From Massalongia carnosa (taxonomy: Eukaryota), in NCBI GenBank assembly GCA_965645245.1, contig OZ287079.1:1550001-1614000 (forward strand): 64,000 nucleotides of DNA. Direction: 5' to 3'. A program made the translations under genes and the position numbers. A model generated the notes under the pieces. That model made no database searches. It was not told the DNA's origin and saw only the letters and a list, made by a program, of their open reading frames with translations. Below, piece after piece: positions 12,501 to 25,665 of the stretch. Numbering within the stretch: position 1 is the stretch's first letter; every line of letters starts with the position of its first letter.

Positions 12501-12887
12501 GGACAAAGTGCTGGACGGAGGAGTTGACGCAGAAAATAATTCAGTCCTGGATTGAACGTATAAAGCGACATGTTGACGAGGTGATATTGTTGGACGGAGG
12601 TAACGAGTATAGATAGAGAAGGTAGAGAGATCGGAGTCGTACGACCGTATAATAAAGAAGATCGCCGTGTTCGATATCATCGCGCTCATCTCAAACGAGA
12701 AAGCACTGACAGCGATGAGTATAAGTGATAAAGATGATGATGGTGATAATTCTGAATAGCTTCATGCGATTATTCGATGGATTGATATTTAATAACTATC
12801 TACCTATCCATGCAAATATACCCATGTAAAGTGGCTTTTTTAGCTGCATATTTAGCGTTAGCAAGGACTTTCGGCGTCATCCTGAGG
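9551..12887 (+). mobile_element. Degenerate Tc1/mariner (DD34E) element interrupted by nested insertions
   Basis: Inverted repeats aggatgacgc(t/c)gaaagtccttgcta at 9554-9578 and 12859-12883. Transposase N-terminus at 9735-10005 (MPNVQSN...DAPRSGRL). C-terminus from about 11945 (FWGCFSYDKK...QEDKAPSH...SPDLNMIE) has several stops. Confidence 0.85.
10136..11935 (-). mobile_element. Mutator-like (MULE) deletion derivative nested in the Tc1 element
   Basis: 55-bp inverted repeat at 10136-10190 and 11849-11903; right end ...gggggacggttg-G-run-actgtccc. ORFs 11470-11796 and 10258-11352 are homologous to the element at 15887-17852, with a Cys motif (CVYDCELP...LLCKCW). Confidence 0.8.
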
Positions 12888-13389
12888 TATAAATCGAACA
12901 CATAGTTACCATCAATTTATTTCCGTGGCCTGAACAGTGTGAAACCCACAGCTTCCCATTACCATGAGCGGATCCCAACTGGACGACCCTAGCGCATCAG
13001 CGGACTATTGTCTCAGCCCGTGACATCTACCCGCAGCTTTATTCTTGCAACCTTATTCGCCTCTAGGCAGGTGCTAACCTTAATTAAGTTACCGTTTTTT
13101 TGCAGGCTTGTCCTCGTCATCATCCCGCTCTCTTAGTACCACCGAATCATCAAGCGCAAATCCACCCACGGTCTATCCTCTAGCCTCGCGAGCACGAGCT
13201 TTCTCGGTAGTGGCGTACTTCGGTCCGCCTACAAGCATGCGACATAACCGCTTTCTCGCAATCCCTAACCGTTCGCCACCCCCACAAGGCGCGCTGTAAT
13301 ACTAATTAGCTACACGTGCCTAGATATGGATCGTCATCAGCCTTGCTCTTGTTTACCCCCACCAGGAATTCAATCGGTTTCATCCCAAA

Positions 13390-13760
13390 CGATGTTATCG
13401 TTCCTCGACGGCTGCGAGACCTTACAAGTGCTACTTAGTATTTTTATGTTATGCGTGCAATTTGTGCCCCAAGTCATTACCACGTTGCGGCTGAGACGAG
13501 TCGGCAGTTTGAGCATTCGCGCTATGTGCATGCAAGTTCGGGACTACTTTTTCTGGGGGTGCGTTACACGTGCGGTATTCTCCTTTCGTTTGGGCGCCGT
13601 TGTTGGTAGCCAGCGCCCTGCAGGTTCTAGCTCTTAGTATCTGTTACGAGTATCGGAGCACAAAGGAGAATAGAGTTCTTGCGCTATCGCACGGCGAGCT
13701 TGAGCACAACAGCGGTCAAGGCGGAGATGATGAGGCTCCTCCTTTCACCCCTGGGACCGA
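13390..13760 (+). pseudogene. Degenerate PQ-loop membrane protein fragment
   Basis: QFVPQVITTLRLRRVGSLSIRAMCMQ resembles the second PQ-loop of fungal PQ-loop proteins. A frameshift precedes the hydrophobic WAPLLVASALQVLALSI segment. Confidence 0.55.
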
Positions 13761-14356
13761 TTTCTTTGTAAATCTCATCTTGCTTCGATTACATTGACGA
13801 TGTTTCGCGTCTCGATTTTTCGTTTCCTTGCCTATCTACATCGCTATTTAAGGATACTTCTATTGGTTTCTACTTTCATACTTATTTTCCATTGAACCTC
13901 CACGAAATGCTTCATTCAAACCCTCCAATTTCCCATCGCCCTTCCTTTCTTCCTTTTCCTTCTTTCTTCTTATCAAAAAAGATAACAAAAGGTTCAACCT
14001 TCATTCCTTCACAACTCAATTGCGCCACCATTTATCACTAGCAAACAAACTACCTACTAATCACCAATTTGATACTTAGGTACCTACTCCTCGCTTGACT
14101 TCAAAAACCTCAAAGCATTAATTCCCTATCGTGCTTCCTCCCCCTCCACCTCCCTTTCTTTCGTTCTCTCTCCCACCCCCCCCCCCCCCTCTCCTGTCCT
14201 ATCCAATAACCCAAAAATGCGAAAAACCAGCTAGTTTCCAACTCCCCTAAGCTCTTCCAGTGTCCGATTACGTCGTCCCTTATCGCTACATTACCTACGA
14301 AGTATACCACAGCATTCTTCCCGCTTTATTAGAACCTCCGAGCTTGTGCGGCTAGG

Positions 14357-15080
14357 CACGCTAGATAGGTGAGAAGGTAGATATTAGCTACATAGGTCGG
14401 GAAAGTGGCTAAGCATTACTTATCTTCATATCTATATACCTATTTACCTATCTAAATAGCTATTCAGATATTCAAGTATCATTTGTCGATCAATCTTACT
14501 AACGGAATGAAATATGAAGTGCAAAAATTCGCACCGCATCGCACCGCGCTCTTTCTATATATTTATTCATTACTTCATCTACTTATCGACAGATATCAAA
14601 AAAACAGACCTTCAGACACTCAGATAAGATTTTGAAAGTATTGTTTGTTTTCCATAACCTTTGGTTGAACTAAAATGAGTCTCCATCGAATGATAAGTAA
14701 TAAAAAAGAGCCTCCTTTATAAGATCATATTTTCGCGATTCAGAAAGCACATATCAATAATAGAGCAGTTTTGTGTGCAATAACAACTGATTTCTTCTAC
14801 AAAAATTTTGTAAAATCCATTATTGAGTTGTTTAAATGACGTCGATCGAAAAAAAAAACAAAACGAATGAGTTAATGATGAGGATAAACAGAATGCTTTC
14901 TTTAGGAGTAACATTCTTTCCTACGCATCACGCTAGATAGATAGGTAAGTAGTTACATAGGTCGGGATAGTGGCTGGGCGTTGCATACCTCTCCATATCT
15001 ACCAACCAACCAAACGAACAACATGAAACATAAAGTGCAAAAATCCGCACTGCACCGCACCGCACCGCGACCTTTCTATC
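14357..15080. repeat. Diverged direct repeat pair (about 14357-14560 and 14929-15080)
   Basis: Both copies carry cacgctagatag ... acataggtcggga(a/t)agtggct ... aagtgcaaaaat(t/c)cgcac...gcaccgcg...ctttctat in the same order. Confidence 0.7.
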
Positions 15081-15566
15081 TACTCACCCTACCTACCTCT
15101 CTACCTACCTCTACATGCCAAGCAGGTAGACAGCCAGGCAGGCAAGCAGGCAGGCAAGAAAAAGGGGGGCGGCGCCAAAAACCGCGAAAAATAGCGAAAA
15201 GGAGCCCTGTATCGAGAGAATAGCGTTTCGGGGTTTCAGGAGCAGATTTTTTTTTACCGCGGCTCTGATAATGCTTAATATACCTGGTAAGATGGGACAT
15301 GCTACGCAAATGTTTGTACGGATGGAGAACGGCATTGCGATTGATACTGTCTCCTACATTTGAGAGTTAAGCTAGTTAAGTGGGAAACGGCCTCGTAGTA
15401 TTTCGTGAATGTGAGGTGAAAAGACAGTACAGAAACAAAAGATACTAAGCTGCTCCTTCGATAAGTAGTCGACCGTCCAATTTCTCGCCCTCAATATGTT
15501 CGTGCTTTTCAAGAGATACCCAAATTTTCTCCTTCCGCAACATTCGCTCAGAAGACGAATGGCAAC

Positions 15567-18287
15567 CTACGTGGTGACGGTATAATTAAGGCTATCCAAC
15601 AGTATGGCAACAACCAGACCGGCCGCTACCGATTGGACGGCAAACTCCACATAGCTGACAAGTTGGAAGCTCGAATCCGCGTCTGCGAAGACCATTTGCT
15701 GACTTAAGCCGGTGAAATCGTAATCGTAATTCCTGACAGCGACCTCATTAGCCTGATTGTACCCGATGACGATCAGCTGCGCGTTCTGCGGTACTGTCCA
15801 CCACCGTTTGCTGGGTTCGCAGCTCCGCGCCCCACCAAAAAGAGTGCAGGGTGATGAGCTTATTCGGGGGGGGCCATCGAAGACTCGGGACAGTCCCCCA
15901 CCTGTCCCCCCAGCGAAAATCATTCCAAATTAGGACTAGCTACAAGCCACCTCCCGCATATACCTCGTTCACCGTCTCTTCCTCTAGCTGAGAACGTTGT
16001 ATACCTAGGCAAATTATCAGTTTGTTTCCGCATACGTCAAAAAGTTCCCTAATTTAGGTGCACATAGCACACAAAGGGTGGAAGGTTTGCATCCGTTGGT
16101 AAAGAATGTGACAAATAGGCATACATCTATTAAGGACTCGGTGTGGAAAATATGCGAAACAATGCAAAGGGTTCAGGTTGACTACGAAATATCAACCAAT
16201 CATCAACGAATCAACAACCCCCGACTAATGGATAGAAGTGCGTTCAAAGACCTTATAGGTTTAATAACTCATCATGCTATTGACCTCATACCTAGAGAGT
16301 TGGATGCAGCTAAACTTTTAGCCGAAGATTTCAATCAACAGGTTTCTACTGGAATTGAAGGGACTGCATTAATCGAACCAACCGGTGAGGATTGTATGTA
16401 TGATTGTGATTTGCCTTCACGATACGGTCTTCCGTGCAGATGCTGGTTGTATCATTGCGTCATTGATGTTATCTCCATACCTATCTTCCTCATTCATCCC
16501 GGCTGGTTTTTCGATGGCCCGCCTTTTGTGGTCTCGTGGAGAATGGTTTTCGACCCCACCATAAGTTTCGCTGATATGTTTCGGAGAGCAGCTCACAGGA
16601 AGACCACAGAAGAGCAGGATGAGGAGGCGGATGAGGGGGGGAATGCTCAACAAAGACAAGAATCTGAGCTGGAAGAGGAGATCGAGAAGGCAGTTGACAA
16701 TAATACTGGGGATAGATTTCGTCGCGGGGGTGTTGATTTGCTACATGCGGCCGCACATCAATCTATTGATTTTCATAAATCAATAGAAAATGTGCATAGA
16801 AGGGAGGGATACGCTCGTGAATTCGCCAAATTCACTGCTATTTTCAATAAAAAATGGCAGGATAAGGAGTTGGCGAGGCCACTTATCCCTACAACTTTCC
16901 CCGACAAAATCCGACCGAAGGACAACCTCATGTATAAAAAGAGTAGGAGTCGCCGGCGGGCTTACACTGGCCGTGAGGCAGCTGAGGCAGATGAAGCTAA
17001 GCAGCGACGTGCTAAACGTAAGGACTCGATTGAAGAAGGGAGGAGAGGAAGGCATGAGGATAAATTGCTGGCAGGCGGTGAAGACAAGGGTATGATTGAT
17101 GATAAAAAACTCACGATATCAACAAAGCGATCGATGTAGCGTGGCTATTATTCGGTATAGATTCCGGAGATGCTATCATCGTATCTGACGACGATGACCT
17201 GCAATATATAGCAACTCAGCCTACCCCCGATCCTCCACTCCCTCTGAATGAGAATGATGATTTTATCCCTCCATCCCCGGCATCTTCTTCCGATTCATTT
17301 GAGGATATTGATGAAGTGCTGGCGAAAAATAGCCAAAAGGCTCTTTCCCAAACGGTTCCTTCTCCAAAAGCTCCTTCCCTTTATAGCCTCAGTCAAAAAA
17401 ACATCCGCACTAGTCAGCTATCATTCACATCGTCTACAACAACAACACGGGGGTCACGGGGTGTGGTAGCCAAAAAATCGAAGGCTCAGTTGGAGTTGGA
17501 GTCTTAGCAGAGGGCCGACCAAGCGGCCAAACAAGCAAGGGTTGAGGAGAGGAAAAACGCAGCTGCAAGAAAGGTTGCTAAGACTATGAAGCCTAGAAAG
17601 GATGATGTTTCGCAATTGAGTGATGCATTTTCGGAATTAAGATCATCGCAATGAGTGGTAGGAGTAGTAGTAATAGTAGTAGTATGAATAGATAAGGATT
17701 TTTCAGAATGCGGGGCTAAGCTAAATCAGCTAGAGGAAGCTTGCGGAGAGACGGACGGTGGACGTGCACATATTTAGTATGGGGAGGTGGCTTGTAGCTA
17801 GTCCTAATTTGCAATGATTTTCGCTGGGGGACGGTGGGGGGGGAACTGTCCCGAGCGAGTCTTCTCGGATGGTCGTCATGGACACCATCCCATCATCAAT
17901 TTGACCCACGAACGAGAAACCGGCGCATTTGGGTGGGGAGTGAGGAACCACGCCCGGGGCCGTGATGCTATTTGGGGGGGATAAGCCCAGCGGTTCGGTT
18001 ATACCACTACCGTCTTTCGAGACGAGACGCATACTTTGCCAGTAGACATCCTTGTAGTTGCCGATGACTTGGACTGATGCACCAAGGTCCTTGGTTGGGA
18101 TGTCCTCAAACTGGAATGGGCCTTAGGGCTCGGAATCAAGACCAATTGGTAGTGGAAATTGCAGGGAACGACTTACTGTGGCTAGGTTTTCAGTTATGGT
18201 GCGAGCTTCCAGCACTGATGGAGCAGCTTGAGTGAGCTGAAGAGCTGCGAGGCCCGCCACTAGGCGCTGGAGGGGAGAAGTAAACAT
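15567..18287 (-). pseudogene. Secreted-protein gene split by a MULE insertion
   Basis: Signal-peptide-like start MFTSPLQRLVAGLAALQLTQAAPSVLEAR (ATG 18287) and intron 18111-18176. Reading continues ...GVVPHSPPKC...TTIREDS up to the TIR and resumes beyond the other TIR as PNKLITLHSFWWG...VPQNAQLIVIGYNQ...LDSLNYTVTT, with one more frameshift near 15795. Confidence 0.75.
15887..17852 (+). mobile_element. Mutator-like (MULE) non-autonomous derivative
   Basis: About 70-bp TIRs at 15887-15955 and 17782-17852, starting gggacagt. Coding remnant NLGAHSTQRVEGLHPLVK and SWIM-like CMYDCDLPSRYGLPCRC (ORF 16078-17139) with a frameshifted tail. N-terminal catalytic part absent. Confidence 0.85.
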
Positions 18288-21200
18288 ATCGAGAGTCGAG
18301 CCGTGTGTGGCATGGTTTGCGAAGAGCGTGGCCGAATACAGATGTACGAAGAGACTGCGGATTTAAGAGAGAGAAGATAGACGAGAAGATGTTAACGAAG
18401 GTTTTGCGGGGGGTAATTGGACCTTTTTATAAACTTCCTATATAACCTCCCCTTGAGGCGTCGTTGTGATTCTGGACTCGTAAGATTACCCCTGACATTA
18501 CCTCATGAATCACCAATCTGCAAGATAAATCATGGTGGTCAAGCTAGATTTTGGTTTGCCCATGCTTGATTCATTCATTACCAGTTGATATCGCACCAAT
18601 CAGCCTCCGGGATAAACGTCACACAAGGCGATAAACTCAATATAGACACTATCTGATGATGGATGGATGGTCATGTTCGGTCGTCGTCGATAGGCTTTCG
18701 GAATAGGAAGGAATCGAATGATCTGCCCTTATTTTCTAGCCTTCTCCGATGGAAGGCGACACCGAATCATGGCACAGGGCAAGCCCGAGAATGGAGCGGC
18801 TTCGCACAATTGCCAAACTTGAAAACAAGCGAAATGATACGGAAAGGAGTCACCGAGGATATGACAGAATTGACGCATTCAGCTTTTTTTTCTTCGTTCC
18901 GCGGAGGATGGAAAAGTCCCCACTCTCTCTCTGTGTACTTGCTATGCATCTACTTCACTTGAAAGCAGCATAAAAGGGTTGAAAACTCTAATTTGCCATA
19001 CCGCAACACCCAGAAGCAACGAACTAATCGCAAGAGGGGTGGGGGGCACCGGGGATCGAGACCCGCCCCCACTATGTAGGGGCAAAAAAAGCGAAGATGG
19101 TGTCCTAGCTATAGGGCGTAGATATGGACGAAAGTAACACATATAGCCTAAAAGAGCAGTAGGATGATAGATGTGTGCGGCTACCCATATAAAATCTCGC
19201 ATGTCTTGCTTCTGCATAGTGCATGCTGAAGTATGTAATTCCTGCGGCTAGTATCTGAAACCAAACTTATTTCAAGACCATGTGATAATAACCCGATCAA
19301 AAGGATACATAGGTATTGATACATAGGTAATTGCTAATGAGATAAAATCCTCGAGATCGCTTGGATAGGAAGATCTAACGTAAACAACAAAAGTATCCTA
19401 CCATCATTAATTCTTTTGCACCAAACCCACCAGCGCTAAAACTAAATCCAATCTCTACGTATTTGTTTCAAATCTTCAGTATAGTCAGTTGATATGAATA
19501 CAAATTCAACTGCATATTCTTTTAAGAATGCAAAATTTCTTTCGCTATCATAATCATTGTCGTAGTTGGTTTTGGTTTTCGTGACTAATAATCAGTGAGG
19601 CTAATTTAACGGCCGCGTTTAGCGCTGATGCAAAAGTAAATGTGGTGCACAAAATGGTGAAGGAATCTGCGTACCTAATAGCTTAGTCATATGAAGTTAT
19701 CAAAATCTTCGTCATACACAGCAACGCGAGTATGTACCCATTACGAGGCCGAAGCGTGATGAAATGACATTTAAACACAACATGGGGCGGTTGGTATCGT
19801 GGGTATGGACGTGCTTGCTTTTCAATGCCTTTTGTGCTGTTGCGAGGTTTCATCAAGTCATGAGGACTTACGACTCAACCTTTCCTTTGTAACTTGTTAT
19901 TGCTTTTAGTTATTGTTTCAAGTTATCTCTTTTCATATTCTAAGGTAACGACAGTAGGCAACATTATGAAAGTAGCCAGCCAGGTGGCACATAATGAACG
20001 ACCGAACTGATAACGCAATCGATACTCGATAAAGGAATTGGGACAACGGCGTCTAGCCAAACAGCTTTGGCCAAGCTGGGTGGAGGAGAAGAGACCGTCT
20101 AAATTTACAAGAAGAATGTATTGTCTCAAAAGACAGCTGCCACTTAGCGTCATGTGTTCCTCGGCCCTGTGCCATGTCTTCGTTCTTCTTGGGCATGATG
20201 ATCCAAGTCGGCTTCCAACGCGAAACGACAGGTGCATCCACGTGATGTCGAAAATCTTCCAGTGTCTGCTCGAATGAAGACTGCATGTTGCTGGGATGGG
20301 CCTTCGGCAAGATAGCGCTCCATGGGACCTAGCCCTCCTCCTTGACAGCCATGGATATGAGCCATCTCAAGAATTGGGCCATGGAACGGACAGGAGGGAG
20401 ACTGGGCCTGAATAGACGTATTACTCGAAGTCGACAGCAGGATTCTTTGCCCCGGTTCGGGATTGTGTTCTCGATGAGCTTGCTGAGAAATGGCTTCGTT
20501 GTTTGACTCTGTAGATGCAGAGGCACCTACACCAGAAGTGCGAGTCATCTCACGGCGTGCTTGCCCGTCTTGGGCAACGTGGACGTCCTCACGGCTACAA
20601 GAAGAAGACGTCAACAAAGAAGGCCGAGTTTGAGGGACCAATTCAACAAATAAGGGGTTTCAAGGTGGCCCTACCCTTGAGAGTTTTGAGCTTCTTGTTC
20701 TTGATAAGCCATTGGGCCTTTGCGACGTTGACACGATGGACGAGTCGAAGACTAAGTGTCGGAGGCCAAGACTAGAGAAAAGGGAGCAAATTGGGGAAAA
20801 CAAATATATCTTTGGACGTCCGATGGAGAAGTCGTGAACAAGCCTGTTGGAGCATCACAACGGAAATTCATCCAGGCTTATATGCTCATATGCTTTTCAG
20901 TTCCTCGAGGGATAACGGGGAACGTTAGGGGAAGAGAAAGAAACAGGCAAATGGCACGCAAATTGTAAATGCATCGTTTAGTGTAAGAATCTGAGTTGTC
21001 ACTGCTTCTCTGGGTATAGCGTGCCTTGCCCTACGTGCTTGTGGAGGCATTTTGTTCTATCTTGTCACGTATTCTCGGCCGGTGCCCATGTTGTAAAATG
21101 TCTTGCGATGGATCATGGGAAAGGAGTAACCAGCAAATTCACCTATCAACATCGTTGTGAAGGGAGGAATAAAATTTTTCCGAAGGAAGCTAATGATATA

Positions 21201-21633
21201 TGCTGAGACTATTGGATTATGTACTTTTGTACGTCTTAGCAACATAAGGTTGATTGGTACGTAAATTTATACTTCGCGGCTTCACTGCGAAGTATGTTAG
21301 CCGAAGAGAGACGTTGGGTTGGTGGTGGATGTGGCTTGCAATACCGGAGCTTATTGGATAGTATTCTTTTGTATCCGCGGATGGGAGGGCAATACTTGTG
21401 TTTGTTTGGGCGTCCAGCACAGCCTAACCATACCTCAACTGTAATTGGCTTTTCTCCTTTTGCAGGCCTTGGCAAAACAAACGAGGCAAACGAGGCAATA
21501 CTAATGTAAGTCATCCGCATGCGAACATGTATTTCTGCCTACAATAGACCCCTCTGCCCTCGAGCAGTCCTTTCTTATACCCAATACATCTATCTCTGTG
21601 ATTCTTAGCTATTTACAGCATTTCGCTCTGATA

Positions 21634-24342
21634 ATGAACCCAACGGTACCCCTACTTGGCGGTGGTCGGATCCAGGTGGAAATGCTAGCCCACGTGCCTT
21701 TCATCCAGAAGTGGGAATTGTTGAAATCGGTCATTCAGCAGCACTATGTGGATGAAAATAAGAAACTTCCCGAGCTTGTTGAGATCATGACGCATGAATA
21801 TGGATTTACGGCCGCGTAAGTGTTCTTTCCTTCAATCTTTAACTTTCCCAGAGAAGCCATATTGATCTAAATAGGGAACATGACTATAAGTATCACCTTA
21901 AAAAATGGGGGATGCGAAAGAACATATCCAAATCCAAGAAAGAGGCGTTGGTAAAGATTCGTCAGCGGCGAACTGAAGAGGGAAAAGGGACTGCTTTCGA
22001 GTATAAGGGCAGAAATGTCGATGACAAGAAACTACGGCGACAAATCAAGGAAAACATGAGACGTAGCGTAGCCAGCAGACCTACTATCGCCGCTGGGGAA
22101 GGAAACCTAACGCTGCTCTCAGGGTCTAAAATTCTGGTCAGCAACAGCATGTGAGTGACTCGCCTTGAATTAATCGACTGCTGATATGATGAAGGAATTC
22201 CTGACCTCATTCAGATTTCTGAATTGGAATATTCCATATGGAACCCTGCGGTCTTCCGGAGCGCGTGCTCCAACCCCCTCTGTATTCTCGCCGATGTCGA
22301 TGTCCACTCCGAGCGATGTAGTTATTACGACCCCGCCTGCTAACAATGCTCTCTCTCCTAATAATGCGCCATCACCGTTTTCTAGAGACCAAAAAATGAG
22401 AATGGCTATTGACCGAGCGGGAATGCTCATAAAAGGTCAACATCTAGCTTTGGTTAACTCCATGTGTAAGGAGGAGAAGGAGTAAGTATATCTCTATTTA
22501 TTTGCGAAGTCCCACTATTAACATTTGTAAAGTATCATGTCAACATGGTTATACCAATTCTGGCTTCATAGTTTTAAGACTGCGAAGCACTGGGGGCGAG
22601 GCCCAGGAAATTGGACAGCCGAGCTTCTTGGATTCAGCGAGCTTCAAGCCCCGAGCCCAGTGCCTTTTCCAACAACACCGCGAATAGAGACCGAACCTAC
22701 AATCTCCCACCTCAGCCCTTCGAGTGTCCATAGAAGTAACAACTCCAGGACAGAGACTATTTCAGTGCCGTCTCAGCTCTGTCGTTGGAGTATTCATTAT
22801 GTAGCGGACATTAAATATGAGCAGTTGGAGTCTCGGACACCGAGTCCAGAACCAAATTCAGATTTGGAGAATGAAGAGTCCTGGAAAGCTTGGCCAAGCT
22901 CCTGGGAGCAACCACCATTGCAAAAAAGGCTTCTGAATCACCTTGCACGGAATGACTTTAGCAACATCAGAACAGAAAGCCTCCCAATCGCAGTATCTCA
23001 GATGGTCAAAGCATCGGAAGAGGAAAATGGCGAACTTTTGGAGGAAGCCTTTGGCTTTAGTATTATGGCACGCAACACTAAGGTCTTGGACAGTCTTCTG
23101 GAAGATATAGAAGAAAGATCGGATGAAGAAATAGATAAACTCAGGGAGCTCAATCCGTTTCATCTGGCCACTTCGTACCTAGATGGCTCTAAGACATGTT
23201 GCATGGTTTTGGATAGCCTATTTAGTAGGGAAAATTTGATATTTTCTCCTTCAAAACGAAATAATCTGGGCTACACTGTCCTTGATAATCTTATGATAGC
23301 CATTCTGAAGTCTCATACATCTATAACACCAGGAATGGTGGATGATGGCCTCAGGGATGAAAAGCGCTTTCCCGGCGAAGAAGTTGATATTTGTGGACGG
23401 TGGGATGCAGATAGCGACTGTGTACGAGAGCTTCTGGGCGCTGGCAATTCATGCATCCCATTTTCATGGAAGCATAAATTCTGCCATACATCAGTCCAGG
23501 CTATATGTCATTCTATTAATTATATGAAAATTTTCGGTGAAGCCATGGATATGCCCAGTGGCTTGTTCATAAAACGTTGCTTATCCTGCGGTCTAAAGAT
23601 GCAGCTTCAACCATTACATATCATTGTCTTGGTTGCATTTAGTCTTGCGCAATTTGGAACGAAAGACGAGGATCTATTTGGTGCTCTCGCCGTCTTGCTT
23701 CATATGTTTAGACAAGGAGCCAACCCTCTGTTAACTGCATATATATCCCCGTCGGCTCTTTACCCCGACCAAGCCAACAACCTAGAGATGGCAGATTGCA
23801 GCCATAGTCATCTTCGGCCGGCCGACTTAGCCGATCTAGTTCCTTTAGACCTTGTAGCGAGCTGGCCAGGCAATACAAGGATTGGCTGGGAAATATTTTG
23901 CCACGTGCTCCGTCTGTCCCAGAAAGAATGGACGGATTATGAACTGTCAATGGGTCATTATTGCAGGGGCGAGAACCATAAATATCCCATCGAGGCAAAT
24001 TTTGGTCACAACCGGGACTTAGCGAAGCTTAGCGGGGCTGTGGAAGCAGAGTACTTGACTTACAGGCGTCTTATAGAGGGAGATCCTTGGATCTCACCAT
24101 ACTTCAACATGCGTGTCATATTGGAGAACCTTAACCATGGCGAGGACGTTGAGATTGGACTGATAGAGAATGACATGATTCACCCGGTGTGCAATTGTGG
24201 TCATCTCCAATCATCATTTCGCGGCGATCTCGAAGTTCTGGAGTTATATGCTGCAGCAAAATGGGTAGAGAGGTTTCATTTCTCAAATCTTGAGGACTGG
24301 TCTCGAACAACTTTTATTGACAAGCCATTTTATGAATGGTGA
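21634..24342 (+). CDS. Clr5-domain protein with a long uncharacterised C-terminal region, 4 exons
   Basis: Introns 21816-21874, 22151-22214 and 22482-22532 splice in frame. N-terminal KWELLKSVIQQHYVDENKKLPELVEIMTHEYGFTA..YKYHLKKWGMRKN fits the Clr5 pattern. Ankyrin-like fragments (PFHLATS, GYTVLD, GANP) occur later. Confidence 0.8.
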
Positions 24343-24654
24343 AATATAACTATTTAGGCCATGTAAAACTTTGACCCGCCAGTGACGTAATCGTACTCTG
24401 ACCAGTATCTTTCTTTTAAAATCCCAGGTTAGGCACTCGTGTCACTCAGGACTGACTCACGTACGATACGACTATCTAACTATTCGGGTTTGTGCCCACA
24501 AGTCTAAATTTTACACTGGGAGCAAGCACTTATTTCTTCTTTATAAAAGTGCTGCCTATGTTAAGAGACGGAAAAAATATCGTTATTTTGAAAACGTTGA
24601 TAAACAGTTCACGGGTTGTTTGAGCACTTTGATTGCATCAACTTAAGAGAAATA

Positions 24655-25665
24655 TCCGTGCCGGGTAGCTGGCACGGATAAATGCTTTATTTCGAAACGA
24701 GTTGAAAGCATTCAAAAACTCCACCTAATTAGCAGTCGATACGCCCCTTTTTGACTCTTTGAGGAGTGCTTATCGAAATGCTTCAGCCATTCTATAGATA
24801 ACCAGTCTCGGCTGTCGAAAGCATGACTCCATCATTCAAGTCATTTTCGGCCCATGAACCTTGAATCATCAATCCACTGAGTATGAGAAATGAAGGAATG
24901 CTGCCCCCAGCGCCATTTATACATTCGATGGCTGTCAAACTTTCACGATTGTCTGGATCTTTAGAAAACACCTTTTTCTGCTTGTCATCTGCTAAAGTAA
25001 TGACCCAATCTGATCGTGCGATGCCCAATCGAAAGCCAGTCTCATCAAAATTTCATTTGTCCTCATCACATATGCCATGCTCATGCACTATCTGACTGTA
25101 CTGATTAAAATGAGCTCGTAAAACGACCGGGTCCTCCGCATTCTTTCGTACGGCTGCAATAGGCTTGCGTTTAATCTTCTGAAATTCAGAATGACGACTC
25201 ATCCATCGCGTGGCCCATGCATGACTCAATGGTTGTGGTGGGGTCGAATCAGTCCAGCCCTGCATTAGCAACTTATTGGCAGCTGCTTCTATCATTCGAA
25301 GACGAGGATGAAGGCCTAATGCGATCATTCGTTGAATATATAAGACTAAGGCCAAGTCTTGATCAGATGATAATCGACGTCCATGCAGTCCTCGTACGTC
25401 AGATGCGGGGGGACCTTGAAGTCGAAAACGAAGTCGCTGCGAAGGCAGGTCGAATTGACGCGCAATTTTAGCTCTTTTAGCAGTAGGGTTTTTTCGTAGA
25501 TGATCAATAGCTAGTTGAATTCGAGCCCCAATTTCCTGATAAGTGGAAGACATGATGATGTTGATGATAATTTATCAAGGTGGTTGGTCAAAATATTTAA
25601 ATTTTCGGTTATATGGGTGTTCGGCACTCAGCCCTGTGGACTGAGTGCCAGCTACGCGGCACGGA
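24655..25665 (-). mobile_element. Internally deleted Fot1/pogo element
   Basis: Ends tccgtgccg(g/c)gtagctggcac, inverted, each flanked by TA. Transposase remnant from ATG 25553 with TGA in place of W before NFDETG. Internal deletions remove the second and third catalytic Asp. Confidence 0.88.

Noticed and set aside
19923..20968. Overlapping ORFs up to 163 aa
   Set aside because: No recognisable motifs or consistent exon chain; may be a decayed gene but cannot be supported.
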